From NCBI GenBank assembly GCA_011109175.1, contig RDEW01000048.1, positions 271,445 to 335,444 of the forward strand: DNA of 64,000 nt, read 5' to 3'. Of the stretch, positions 1-13,290 are shown piece after piece (the stretch's first letter is position 1; every line of letters starts with the position of its first letter). The position numbers and the translations under genes were made by a program. The notes beneath the pieces are model-generated. The model made no database searches and was not told where the DNA came from. It saw only the letters and a program-made list of their open reading frames with translations. This stretch comes from Dicyema japonicum. Lineage: Eukaryota > Animalia > Dicyemida.

Positions 1-860
1 TGACCTCGTCCTCAAAACTTTCAATATTTTGGAGCTTCATTGTGAGGAAACTGTACCTTTTGAGCAGCAGCCTTCTTCTGATCCTCCAAGGATCTGCTTT
101 TGCTAAGCCAACTCACAAGACTTTCATCATCCACGTTTCCCAGTGTTTGCACATGTCTGAAATAAGAATCAAGACCAACGAGTAGTTCATCTTCAGTCTA
201 TTTCTCTCCTTCAAAGTTTCCATCCTTTCCTTCATTTTCAAAGATCGTTGCGTGTCCCCGATGTTTATGGCGGGCTTGTGGATATCTTCTTCTATGGAGG
301 ACGCCGTGTTCAGAGGTGCCTTATCTATAATAAGCTCGGCCGAATACCGTCGGTAATATCCTCAGCAGTAATAGGCTTTAGCCCCGCCTCGATGCGATAT
401 TTACTAGAAATAAGTAAAAGTCTCATTAAATCCAAGTTGAAAGGAATTGTAAAAATTCTTACTTCACTTCTTCTAGCATTTGGTCCTGGGTCTGTTCCTT
501 GGGTTTCTCCTCGACTAAAAATCGGTCATGTCGCCACTTTTTACCTTTTTCTTTTGTTCGTTCGACTTTCTTATATTTATCATCGTGTTTTTCTCGTTTA
601 GGCCTTTCTCGATCCTTGTCACGATCACGTGAATGAGATCGCTTTCTATTTTATTGGTTGATAATATTGTAAACCTTTTGTGACTTTATCAGTCCTTTTA
701 TCGTATTTGTCGTGCCTAGATCTATGCTCACTATTGCGAACCATGAGAAACAATTTGACTTAAATAATTTTCAAATTTACTTAAAATATATTTTAAAAAT
801 AAAAAAAATAAATTTTATATCTTTTTGTATGATTTACAAATATTTTTATTTGCAAAATAC

Positions 861-1143
861 GAGCCTCTTAGCTAAAGTGACTTATGTTACGGGTTCGATT
901 CTCGCTGCTGTTCACCTGGTGGAAAGTTCCACGCATCTACGATGCCAAAAGGGTTTGACGAGTGACGCCGTCATCAGTGAATACTCACTGCGGAACTGGA
1001 TTGAAAGGACACTCACACAAGAAAAAGAAGTGAAGATCATTCTTTGGTTCTACGATTAGTTAAATTAACTGTTCTTAATGTGTGTTTCCTGCCTATGCGG
1101 AGCTATAAATACTATGGCTCTCGTGAAAAGGCTTTATTATTAT
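861..1143 (+). mobile_element. tRNA-derived SINE, copy 1
   Basis: B-box-like GGGTTCGATTCTCG, a core shared with copies at 4100, 23786, 53388 and 60747, and a GGCTTTATTATTAT tail. Confidence 0.8.
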
Positions 1144-2959
1144 GACACATATAACTGGACTACGGAAAACAACCACCAACTACCACATTTTCGGCAAGTA
1201 TCAACATAATCAAAATGAATAATATATTCAGCCTTTACTAATTCACATTTTACTGCAACACTCAAATGTCCCCCTCAAAATAGTTGTTCCTAAGGAATAT
1301 TAAAGTGTGATCTCTCCGGCTTACGTTGTCGACATCACCAATTTCTTTGTAAAAGGAAAAGTGATGAATCTCTATGTTTGCTTGACTACCAATAGATAGT
1401 CATGTAGGATCCTTGTTTTTGGACGACTTCCACCCAACGTTGATAGAAGCAAAGTTTCTTCATTGCGGGAAGTTTTTGTCTCTTTGGTGCACCTCCGTTG
1501 TGGTCACCATACGGATTTATTCGTATTTGAACATAATCAGACAATTGCCTTCATCGTTTTCCTTTTTCTGCTTTCTATTCGACCGAAGAAGGACTACCTT
1601 TTTTCTTGTATGAGTCCGCCGTCGAGTTCTGCGTCGCATCAAATATATCTGACAAATTCCTAAAGCGTCCGCTCTTGGTTGTGAATTTCCTGTTCGCCAC
1701 CGGTTCCCTTTATCAGAAGGGACCGCGGATAAATAAAAATGCGTACTGTATGTTTCTCTTCTCTCGTCACTTAGCCATTAACCATTAACGACTTTTTACC
1801 AAAGGAATGCAAGAACGTATTTTTGGGCTTCTTGTAACACAAGTCCTGCCACAGCATTGACTCCCCTCCTGTGACCTCAGATCCCTCTTATGATTCATTT
1901 CATGATTGGATCTCTTCAGAAAGTTTACCATCCTTTTTTCTGTTACTTCTCTGATCTACATTAATGCATTATCTTCACCCTCATATAAAGTCCCGTCGAA
2001 CCATTTATGTAAGGCAATCTCAATCCCTGCTCCCTTGACTTTTAAGAATCGTAATAACACGCTCTTGTATGATCACTTCCATATGAAGAAATGGAATGAA
2101 CGCACGCGAAAAAAACTAAATCCTTTACCTTCATTTCACATTGTTAGAAAAAACATCGGGAAGAAAATTTCATCCACTTTTATACTCTGTCTTCACGTTT
2201 TCTCGTTTATTTCTTTCTAAATGATTATCACAACCACGTGAACAGACCCTCCCAACTACCGGTCGTCACTATGGCCTTGATTGCAATCTATCGCACACTT
2301 ATATCTCGGGTGTGATCTATCTCAGATAGAATGGGAGCTTGGAAGAGGATGTGTAGTGGATACTCAACGTGGCGCAAGAAAACAATTACTTTATGTTGGT
2401 CTTCTGTGTATCTATTTGGGCACATTTCTTTTACTAATGTGTCCGGATCCTAAATAGTGTAAAAATAATTCTTATGATATAACATGCGGGTTAGAGACCA
2501 TAAGGGAGAGGTCCCCAAGTTAAGAGGTCAAAATTTTGAGTTAATAATAAGGACAGTCGGTATATTAATCATTGTCGTATGTCATAAGAACCCAGGGCGT
2601 TGATATTATCCGGGTTGATAAGACAAATTTATCACTTGAAAACAAAAATATTTTAAAAAATTTAAAATATAAAAGAAAGTATTAAACTATGTGTTAATTA
2701 CAAATAACTCAAATATCGATTATTCAAAGGTTTTTACATACTTTTTTAGACAAGATTTAGAGCAGAGTTTCCCGAAGTGAGCGATAAGAAATCCAAAAGG
2801 GGCGTTTATGAGTAAATCGTTTATCGGGGGCGATTTTAATTTCAAGTGGGCGATAATAAATTATTCGTAAAATTTATGTCATACATCTAATTAATTTAAT
2901 AGAATTTCAGTATGGTGAACCTGAAATTTTAAATTGACACTAGCATGTTTTGCGGTGTA

Positions 2960-4480
2960 CAGTAAAGTCTCTCGGATCCGCCAATTCTCGAATCCGCCGA
3001 TTATAACTAATAAATTCTATAATCCGACATTTTTTCTAACAAAATTTCTCGAATCCGCCAGATTTTTTTAATGAATCCGCCATGTCTCTTAATTTTAAAT
3101 AATTTTTAAAATAATTTGATAAATAATTAATTAACTTATTAACACTTTGTCATTGTTTATTGTTGTTTTCATGAAACGTAACCGTTAACGATTAAAAAAC
3201 AAACAAAAAATTGCCATTTTAAAGTTTATTGAATCGAATATTGAATTACCTTCGATAAAAATTTCAAAAATTTTTTTCCAAAAAATATAACGCACCTATT
3301 TCTTGTAGATCACTTGATGATCTGTGAAGTTAAAAGAGGATAAAATAATTTGAATAACTTACGATCTGACATTTCTCGCAAAGAATATTTAAAGTTTATT
3401 GTAATCGATTATGACACGATTTATTGGGTTAATTCAATGTATGTTAAATTTATTACTGAGAAATCCAAAACATTTGCATCGAAACGAAGGATTACTGATT
3501 TCATAGGAAGCAAGGGGTGGCTTGTTAAATTTAAAAAGAGGAATGGTTTGAAGTTACGAAATATGCATGGAAAATCTGCAACTTTAAATTTTGACCCTAA
3601 TGTGGTATCAGATTTTATTAAATTAATCAAAAATAAAATCAATCTCTACGGAGCTTAAAATGTTTATAATGTCGACTAAACTGATTTATTTTACAAAATG
3701 ATACCGTCCAAAAGTGTTTGTAAAAACCTTAAATCAGGTGATAAGGTATCGAAAAACAGAGTTTCAGTCATGTTATGTACAAATGTGGACGGTACAGATA
3801 AACGAACACCCTAACTAATTAGGATGTTTAAAATCCTAGATGTTTCAAAAATTTTGATATTAAAAAAATATGTCACATATTCTTATTCTTTAAAGCATGG
3901 ATGGATATCCGAATTTTAATCAATTTCTTTTGAAATGGGAAATAGAATTTGATTTTAATGATTGAAGAACTTGAATGATTTGGAGAAAATAGAACAAGAA
4001 ATTGATAGTGAAGAACCCCTTGAAGATAGTCAGAAAGGTGTAATTATTAGCGAGGCTTTTCTAGCCTTAAATAACTTAAAAGAATTCTATAATCAAGAAG
4101 ACTTAGTGGTTAGGTGTCGGGCTTAAGTGGCTTAGGCTACGGGTTCGAATCTCGTAGCTGTTCACCTGGTGGAAGGTTCCACACATCTACGATGCAGAAA
4201 GGGTTTGACGAGTGACGCCGTCATCAGTGAATACTCACTGCGGAACTGGATTGTCTAGAAAGGACACTCACACAAGAAAAAGAAGTGAAGATCATTCTTT
4301 GGTTCTACGATTAGTTAAAATTAACTGTTCTTTACTTAAATAAAGTGTGTGTCCTGCCTATGCGGAGCTATAAATACTATGGCTCTCGTAAAAAGGCTTT
4401 TAAAAAAATCAAGAATTCTTTAATGTCGAAATTTGAGTCTATTGAAAAGCTTATTTTCACATTCTTGTTCACTATTTTCT
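2960..4480 (+). mobile_element. pogo/Tigger DNA transposon, degenerate, right TIR not found
   Basis: TA then CAGTAAAGTCTCTC left end with internal GAATCCGCC repeats. CENP-B-like HTH (FIGSKGWLVKFKKRNGL) and DDE_1 remnants (NVYNVD*TDLFYKMIP, KNRVSVMLCTN) with stops. Interrupted by the SINE at 4100. Confidence 0.8.
4100..4406 (+). mobile_element. tRNA-derived SINE, copy 2 (most complete)
   Basis: A-box-like TAGTGGTTAG and T-arm ACGGG-TTCGAAT-CTCGT. 9-bp TSD AATCAAGAA at 4091-4099 and 4407-4415. Confidence 0.85.
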
Positions 4481-4543
4481 GAATCTTCTAAAGAATTTTA
4501 ATTAAACATTTCTTGCTACGTATTTAATGTTTATAAAATGCTA

Positions 4544-4910
4544 ATTCAAACATCCATGCCTATAGCAAGATAGTGTGAATTTAATCTACGAGATGAACCT
4601 AAGACCAATAATATTTTATTACTCTATGTGCTGATTAGTATTACTATTTGAATTCGAATGTTTATTTTAATTTAATAGTGACTATAGACCAATATTATAT
4701 AACAACATGGATTCAAACTACCATGTCTATACCAAGATATTATAAATTTAATATACGAGATGAAGCATAGACCAATAATATTTTATATGTGCTGATTAGT
4801 ATAACGATTTGAATTCGAATGAATATTTAAAATTAATAGTGACTATTTCCAATATGATATAACCACATGGATTCAAACGACCATGCCAATACTAAGATAT
4901 GGATTTAAAT
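4544..4910. repeat. Diverged tandem repeat, unit about 160-167 bp, about 2.2 copies
   Basis: ATTCAAAC..CCATG recurs at 4544, 4711 and 4871, and GTGCTGATTAGTAT / TTTGAATTCGAATG / AATAGTGACTAT are each duplicated. Confidence 0.8.
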
Positions 4911-4949
4911 ATTCAAAAAAAACTCATTCTTCCATTCAATAGTAAAAAT

Positions 4950-5720
4950 TAGTATATTCGAGTTGATGCTTTATTCTTGACTGATGTTAAACTACAGCAT
5001 AACATGCCGACATTTTTGTTTTATATAAACGGACAAATTAGATTAATCCAATATAGAATGGAATCAATTTTCGGGAGATTATTATTATTGAACCAGAAAA
5101 CCACCGTCATATCCAACATAAACAAAATTCAGTTGATCCCGGCCTCCACAACATTCTTCGAATCATTTCTCGGTATTTTGATAATCGTAGTGTACACATT
5201 TTTCAATTTGTTATATATTGATGTAGTGTTCTTTGACATAACAACCAAACACGTTTTATATCAATGATTGTCGTTACAAAATTTTAGCATTTATTGATAG
5301 ACCTAGGAAGGATAATCTTCTTGGATTGGAAAGAGTAGTGGGTTCTCTTTGATTGTGATTTAGAGTCCACAACCTGCGCCACCAGAAAATCTGAAGGAAG
5401 GGTATGTCCAATACTTTCAAATAGTTGATAATTGCTCTATTCCTCAATTTATAAAGTGGAATATATGCGGATACAAATGCGTCTGCTGCAAATTTTTTGA
5501 ACAAATCATTTTGAACAATATTCAATTGTTTATTTGTGGATATATTTATTCGTGAAGAGTGCTTTTATGCTTCCCTTTGTTTGTTGACAAAAAATTGTTT
5601 TTTGCAAGTTAAGGGTAATTCACATAATTTACAAAAAAGCATTCCATTCGGTGTAATTGAATACTCTTTGGGATATTTGTCACAAATATTCGTCGCCTCA
5701 CAGGTGAGATCTGTTTTTAC
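4950..5720 (-). mobile_element. hAT/CGGBP1-like transposase remnant
   Basis: Minus-strand peptides YPKEYSITPNGMLFCKLCELPLTCKKQFFV (BED-like) and DLFKKFAADAFVSAYIPLYKLRN resemble CGGBP-type hAT transposases. Stops and frameshifts are present. Confidence 0.5.
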
Positions 5721-5897
5721 AAGAATTGACCTACGCTGAAAACTCCATCTTTCGGATTTGAACGCACTACCTTCAGATCCGATGTCATCAGACGTTACAT
5801 TCAGCTAGAAGACGGTTTTGAATGTGGCATAACTAGGAATTGTAATTTTACACGTGTTTAATATTTTATTTTTATTAAAATTAAGCCTTAACTGATA

Positions 5898-7133
5898 CAA
5901 TAAACTCTCTCAAATTTGCCATTTTTGGTTCCAGCGAAATTGTGGCAAATTTGAGAATTGGCAGATTTCAGAATAAAATTTTATTTGAATTTTTAATTAA
6001 TTTATTAAAGGATAATTAAACTTTTTAAAATTAATAAATTTATTTTTAATGAAAACAATATTTTTAACCAAGGAAACAAAAATTAATTAAATTTTAATAA
6101 AGTAATACTCAATTCCCAATTGCCTCTTATTAGAATTTGTAATATTTTCTTTATATCTTCTTATAGAAGTAATGAATTCTGCATCATTGACATTTTCAAT
6201 GTTTTCTAGAAGATAATTTTTAATCTCTCTTAATTTTAAAAGCATTTCAGCCTTGTTTAATGACCCATGTACTTCTACACTACCGGATTCTTCTTGTTCC
6301 TCAATAGCAATTAATTTCTCTTCATCATCAATTGCATCCTTTTCACTGTAATCAATTGAAATAAATTCTTCTAATTTAATAGGATCATAAATATCTGTTC
6401 TGGATACGATTTCATCGGTTAAATTTATGTTGGTAAGTTCTGATTCGCATTCTGTACGTTCTAGACGTTTAAAACAGTTTGAAATTGTTTGGAATTTCAC
6501 ATCTTCCCATGCCATTTTTACAAACAATACAGTATCCCTGAGATTTAACTTCTTATATGATTCATATACTGAGTTCTCGCATTCCAATATATCCGTTAAA
6601 TGTAGTAATTTGTGCCTTGTAAAATGAACTTTGATGATTTTCAGATCCATAGGTCGAAAAATTCTGCCTTGTGTAATATTGAGAATCGTTCAATAAAGCA
6701 CCTTAAATGTTAGAGTAAATAGTGTACCTTTTGATTCCATTGAATCCATCCAATCTACTAGATTTTCATCAAGCTCCGGGTTTTTAATATTTACAAGTTT
6801 TTAGTTTAAAATTTTTGTTCTTAAACTGAAAAAAAACGATTCTGCATTCATTAATATTACATTGACTGTCTTTTTTGAGATTCTCATTTTAAAAATAGAA
6901 GAAAATCTGTTGCATTTCGTCTGACATGAAGCTGATTTATTGGTTTCTTTATACCAAAAATTTCTACTTTTTGAGCAATTGAAAGTCGGGGGTAGCCTCC
7001 AACAGGAACATTCCGACCCATGCTTACTTTAAAATATTTAAATTTTTAAAAATGTTGGCAAATTTCAGAATTGGCAAATATCATTGAAAAATAGAAAAAA
7101 TCGATAAAATGGCAAATTTAAGAGTGTTTACTG
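5898..7133 (-). mobile_element. Internally deleted pogo/Tigger element
   Basis: Imperfect TIRs (CAATAAACTCTCTCAAATTTGCCATTT versus reverse complement CAGTAAACACTCTTAAATTTGCCATTT) with flanking TA. HTH remnants are joined to the C-terminal RPMDLKII...AWEDVKFQTISNCF. Most of the DDE core is absent. Confidence 0.85.
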
Positions 7134-7439
7134 TACGTGATACATCGCCTAAAAACTGAAATTACTAAACAGCCTTTACTAATTTTGTTTTTATTTACAA
7201 TATCTCGTTCAGTAAGATGTTCATTTTCACTTATTTCCTTACCAATTTTAATCCTTAACTCAAGACTAAGCTTACGAGCCATAACCACAAGAAAGCAAAA
7301 ATTACACGAAACTTCAAAATAAAATTTTATATAATTAATTTTAATATTAATAGCAAATATTTATATAAATTAAAAATCCAGTGTCCCACTTAGAGGTTCC
7401 GATAATTTCCAAATTTGGAAAATACCGCATAAAAATTAT

Positions 7440-8340
7440 GCCATTTTTAAACTACCCCAAAAACAGAGGTTTCCCCAAGTCAAAGGTCTGCCCCAATTGG
7501 GGATCATACTGTATGAATGCGTTTCTCTCTTGTTCTACAACAACCAGATTTTCAATATGGTTTCAAGACAGATCGTTCTACAACGACTCATTTGGGTTCT
7601 ATCTCCCAGTTTATTACTGACGGCTTCAATATGAGAACACACTTACGGACGGCCTTAATATCCATCGATATACAGAAGGCCTTTGATTCTGTTCGGAGGA
7701 AACTTCTAACCCTAAAGTTATTTAATTCGAACTTACATCCGAACATCAAGCTATAGTTTGAAAATTTTTTAACTGGGCTACGTGGAAAGGTCCAGATTGA
7801 CATAACCACTTCAAAACCAAGACTGTTGTAGCAATAGTTCAGTCACACCTAAACCGAGTATCTGACTGGCTATCTGCAAATAATGTTATGTGTGTCAACA
7901 TCTAAATTCCAGTTCACCATTTTCACTACTGATAGAAGATTTAAGGATGGATTCGAACTGTTTTTGGAGATACTTCTATTACTTCTACGCGGACTCAGAA
8001 TTCCTTGGGGTAGTTTTTGACTTTTTGATGATTTTCTCGAGTCACGTGGAGGAGGTGCTTGTCAAAGGTCTCAGAAAATGGAACATTTTAAAAGCGATCA
8101 TAAAGAACAGCCCCTTCCCCCTGCTGCTTGCGTCAACAAGGTCTACCAACAAGCGACTGTTCCTACAATTGAATATGCTTGCTCCGCCTGTATATTCGCC
8201 ATTCCCTTTTCGAGAATTGATCGTTTCAACTCTCTCAGGCGGAAAATTTTGCACCACACTGACATCTTCATTGGCGGTCTCGTTTCCCCCAGGATCACTG
8301 GGTCAAAGAGAAAGAAATAAAAGTTCTCATCTAACTAAGT
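7440..8340 (+). mobile_element. Jockey/I-like LINE RT fragment
   Basis: FQYGFKTDRSTTTHL, IDIQKAFDSV and YQQATVPTIEYAC, with frameshifts. Confidence 0.8.
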
Positions 8341-11000
8341 GATCCCAGACCGACAAAGGTGAGGACGAGTCCAGAAAGGTCGAGAATCCTGAACAGCTCT
8401 TCTCATTGGACATGGCATCGGCTCAAAATTTCTGTATGATTGTAGATAATTCGATAGTATTTGGAATAAAGGGCAGCTCGGTAGAATAGCCTCCTTTAAT
8501 AGTTTCCGTTGTAGTTCGATTAAAAAGTTTTCAATGGTTGGATATTGTGTTCTGGTCCAATTAACTATATTGCAGTCTTCTCGGTTGTGGATAATTTCAA
8601 TGAGGAAGATCGTGACATTTTCATTGCCCATGAAGGACTTGCATACGTCATCGTTGGTCGGATAAATTGTTTGTAAATCGTGGCAAAGACACCAGTTTGG
8701 TCTCTAAGTGTTTTTGAGAGCACTTTTAAAATTCTCATTTTTTTCAGAGAAGTTACTTTGTTTTCAACATGCCGGATATAGGTGAGTCCCTGATCAAAGG
8801 TTACTCCAGAATCTTCGATGTTTTGTTAATAGAGATAGCTTCGTTTTTCATAAAGACTTTTGGTTCTATACAGAGCTGTCTTTTGTAGGTGGTAAACATT
8901 GTGACAAAGGACTTTGCTGCTGATGTGTCGAGTCTCCGCTTCGAGAGCCATAGTTCCAGGTTGTCGAGCATTTGTTGAGCCAACTGAGTCGCTGATTGAA
9001 TGCTTTTGTTCTTGGAAGCAAGAATGATATCGTCGGCATAGGAGAGGATTAAACAGTTTTCATTACAGGTTTGTGGCATGTCGTTTATGTAGAGATTGAA
9101 GAGTTGGGGTGATAGTGGGGAGCCGTGAGGGACTCCATTTGGGGAATAGCGAGATCTTGATTTGATGTTGTTGCAGAGTACTTGTGCTCGTCTTCCATTT
9201 AGGAAGTTTCCAAGCCAAAGTTTCAGGTTCGGATGGATGTTGGTTTCGTATATTTTCTTTGTTAGGAGTTTCCTAGGGACTGTGTCGAACGCTTTTGTGA
9301 TGTCCACGAATATAAGTACTGTCCTCTGATGGGGTTTTGGGGAGTTAAATCCTCCGCAATGAATTGTGTGAGGGTTGTAAGGTGTGTTGTTGTCGAATGG
9401 TTATCCCGGAATCCGTGCTGGGTCGGAGGTATTGCGATTGAGTCTTGTATTTTTTCCAAAACAAGCCTTTCAAGGATCCTTGAAACCGGACTTAGAATAG
9501 ATATTTGGCAGTAGGAAGATGGTTCATCTATTGGTTTGTTGGGTTTTCGGATATGTCTGATTAGAGACTTCTTCCATATTTCAGAGATTGTATTTGTGTT
9601 AATGGATAGGTTGAAGATATAGGCTAATAGTTCCAGGACTCGATGGCCTAGGTGCTTCAGTTCACATGTGGTTATTTGTCTGGTCCTTTGGCCTCTGAGT
9701 TGTAGGCCTTGGATATGGCTCTGCGAACATCCTGACTAGTAAATAGGATCCAGTCATCGGAGCGTTTCGGTTCAATCTTTTTCAGGAATACTTGGTGTTC
9801 TTTTGAAAACTTCCTGTAGGATATAGACGTGTAGTATTTTATCAGAGTGTCTGGTTTTATGTAGACTTCGACTTTTCTCTCTGGGGAGGATCTTTTGATG
9901 TTTTTGATCCACTTCCACACTCTCTGCATTGGGGGGTTTTTGTAGAGAGCTTTCGATAGTCTCGTCCATCTATTTGCATTTTCTGTCTTTATGTTGTTGT
10001 CGATCTCTCTGTTCAATTCTCGTATTTTCCTGATGTTCTCTTCTGTTGGCGATTTTACCATCTTTAGATTATTTCGTTCTCTGATCAGATGTTTCGTCGT
10101 TGTGTTAAAACGTTTTGATGACGTTGGTTGTCTCCCCATAGGAATGTACTTCTTTTTCGCATCGTTTATAATGGAGTTGAACCATTTCACTAATTGTTCG
10201 ACGGAGGGAAAAGTGGGGAAATTTAATAGTCCAATACAATTATCGACGTATTCCTTGAATCCTTTCCAATTCGCAAGGCTGTAGTTAGTTATTGTTGGGC
10301 ATTGTCCTTTTATCCGTGACCTTGTTTTGACCTCCAAAAATATTGGGTTGTGGTCACTCCTGGTGTCATACTTCACTGACCAGTCAATAAGTGGGGCCAA
10401 GGACGGTGATGACAATGAGATGTCGATAGAAGAAGGTTTATCATTACGTCGAGTAGGTGTTCTTGTATGAGATGCAGGATCGTTGAGTATACATAGGCTG
10501 TGGAGGTCCTCAATTATCATCTTCCCTCTTTTGTCGTAGGTTTGTCCTGTCAACCACAGTGGGTGCTTCGCATTGAAGTCACCACAGATAATCACATCCT
10601 TTAGTGATGCGAGAGGAGTGAGTCTGGGGGCACTGGACGAGCAGGAACTCAGCGGTGGGAGATATGCGTTGACAATTATTATTGATAGTCTTGGGAATCG
10701 TATTTTGATAATCAAAAGTTCGAGATTTCCATATCCTTTAAGCATAGTGTAAGCACTGTTGGTTAAGTCCTCAAACGGAATGCCGTTGCGGATAACTGTG
10801 AGAAGACACCCATCAAGTTTGCCAATTCTGTCACGGCGAATTACTGTGAATCCCGGAAATACTGGTGTTGAATTCTTTGGAGAAAGTTTAGACTCTTGAA
10901 TTAGCAACAGATCAATGTGATTTTCTTTCACAAATGTCCGAAGTTCGAGTATTTTGTTCTTGATTCTATTTATGTTTAGTTGGACTATTCTGGCTGAGGC
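8340..11000 (-). mobile_element. Jockey/I-like LINE ORF2 (APE endonuclease + RT), frameshifted
   Basis: ORF 9672-10931 has IQESKL, NAYLPP, GDFNAKH and SDHNPI. RT segments QHGFR, DITKAFD, GVPHGSPLSP and YADD lie in 8801-9459. Confidence 0.9.
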
Positions 11001-11381
11001 CTTCCTTATTGGTCCACCCGTGAAGATAGGTTCTTTTATGGAAAGTGTGGTTCTTTTATTTCAAATGCCACCACGTCGTCGGCGAGCCACATGACATTTT
11101 TTAGTAATCGTGGTCTCTGGTTTTTTTATTATTATTGTATTATGGCATTTAACATTTAAGTCACCTCAGATAATTATTTTGTTAAGGAGTTTTTTAAGTT
11201 TTGGAGTGTGATTGTATTTTTCCAATAGGATATATAATCGTCTGGAGACATAAAGACGTACAATTCTCAGTGTAAGTTTACTCTGTTGGATATAGGGACT
11301 TTCACATAATGTAGAAGTACTCCAAAATGCATAATAACCCTTTTAATAATATTAAATTCAAAATAATAATTATTGTTATAG

Positions 11382-12106
11382 AAACAACAATGTTATGTCA
11401 GATTGTTAAATGTGTTAATAAAATAGAATTCCACCAATAGCAGGAGCATTTCGTAAGAGGAAAGCAAAACCATCTCTATTTCGTTATTATTATGAAAGAG
11501 GAGATTTTCCAATTGCATTAGAACATGATGCTAAAGGGAATAAAATAGCATGGAAGGTTATCTTAATATATAAAGTAGGTGGAAATTGAAAAGCTTAACT
11601 ATCGCCACTATTTACCACTATTTTTCGATGGATTAAGTGAAACTGATCATCCTTACGAATTCTTTGCAAGACAAGGAGTTCATGATATGTTAGAACATGG
11701 ATCAGGACAAATAAGAGACATCGTCCCTCAACTTATTCTACCTATTAAAAGTTATATGTATATAATAATATAGATGCTCTTGAGACAAGAATACCACGTG
11801 TTATATGTACTACTCTTAAAGTAATACAACATTTGATTCTCTCTGATGATGTGGTTGGACAAGCACTCGTTCCCTACTACAGACAGATTCTCCCCATTCT
11901 CAATATATTTAAAAACTTTAATTGTTTGTTTTATTATAAATTAAGTGAACATTGGTGATGCTATTGATTATTCACAACAAAAAAAGGAGAATATTGGTGA
12001 TTTAATTAATGACACTTTGGAATTATTAGAACTTCATGGAGGAGAGGATGCTTTCATTAACATTAAGTATATGATACCTACTTATGAATCAGCTATTATT
12101 CATTAA
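11382..12106 (+). CDS. PACRG: Parkin co-regulated gene protein (axonemal inner-junction protein); 5' start uncertain
   Basis: Spliced product [32 protein letters not shown]|[27 protein letters not shown]|[29 protein letters not shown]. Introns 11557-11578, 11751-11773 and 11924-11945; stop at 12104-12106. Confidence 0.95.
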
Positions 12107-12439
12107 TATTACTAATAACGTCTCACTATTAATAATATTTCATTTCTTTTAACACACAAAACAAACATTATTTTAAAGTTTATTTCAATAAATAAAAAAT
12201 AAATAAAATAAAATAGTTCATTATAATTTTAGCTGGTGCCTTTGTTCAAAAATTGTTCAATAATTACTCAGTAATTTTTTAATAATGCTTCTATCATGCT
12301 TAAAATAACTCACTTCACCTATGAATCGTTTAATATTAGGTGGTCTATCTTGTCAATCGAAAAGAGAACATTTTGGAAAAACTTAAAGAGATACAAAATC
12401 AAGATTTTCCGAAACCAAAGTGCCTTGGCGGTACCTTCG

Positions 12440-13260
12440 GGAACTATCGTTTTATTTTGCTACCCTTGGAAAACTGATACTATAGCCTTGGTTTTGGAAT
12501 CAGTCTACCTTTGGTTGACCCTCTACACAAAGTATGGAGCATCAATATCCATATCGCTGTAATCCGGATATTATCATCCAGGAAGAATTCACTGATGACA
12601 AGAATCAATGTATATGCCCCCACACTGGCAGAATATCAGCAGACATGGGAGAACTGGATGAATTTTACATGAATCTATATCGAGTATATGCGGACCTGCG
12701 CAGATTTACTCTAACATGAATAAATGCGAAGGCTGGGGTACGAATGAATGGTGAGGATTGCTTTGGATTTCATATTTCCGGAGACTTTTCGGAGACTCAT
12801 TGTTGATTTCTGCAGCCCAATGGGCCTATCTATATCTGTGTAATACAAGTATCTGAGCATCTCGCTAAGCACAAGACGACTTAGATGGGCTAGGACACGG
12901 AATTAATGGGGAACCTATAACAATTTGACTACATCCTTTGCACAAATTCACTAAGAGATTACTACTGGATTAGAGAAGTTACGGAGGGACTTTACAGTAT
13001 CCATAAACTGGTCGTCAACGGTTGAATATGAAACGATATTTTGGCTTAATGGATGGAAAACAGAAGGTTGCAGTCATGGGTCGCCTACTGGCTACGAATA
13101 TTCTAACTGAGACATCACAAAAAGAAAGTTCTACTTAATTTTGTAGGATATCGAGGAAAGGGCCGGAAGATTCTAATGCGAGCAAGTAACAAAAGTTTTT
13201 TGAAACTGATGACAGCGATGATTGTCGAAAATATGGCTAAAGCGACTCCCAGGGCAACGC
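12440..13260 (+). mobile_element. RTE-type LINE endonuclease remnant
   Basis: Degenerate ICPHT...DEFYMNL...NAKAG... and HKTT*MG...QFDYIL-like segments typical of the RTE APE domain. Confidence 0.55.
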
Positions 13261-13290
13261 GGATGAGCTTTGAACTTACTAAATAAATTA

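Noticed and set aside
1-620. Minus-strand coiled-coil-like coding remnant and a GTDPGP stretch resembling 2A
   Set aside because: Stops are present, no family is recognisable, and it does not fit D(V/I)ExNPGP.
1150-2300. Possible gag/LTR-element remnant on the minus strand
   Set aside because: Only vague Cys/His spacing; no LTRs, PBS or clear domains.
4100-4160. Functional tRNA gene
   Set aside because: A good T-arm and A-box exist, but there is no complete cloverleaf, and the region is the head of a TSD-flanked SINE.
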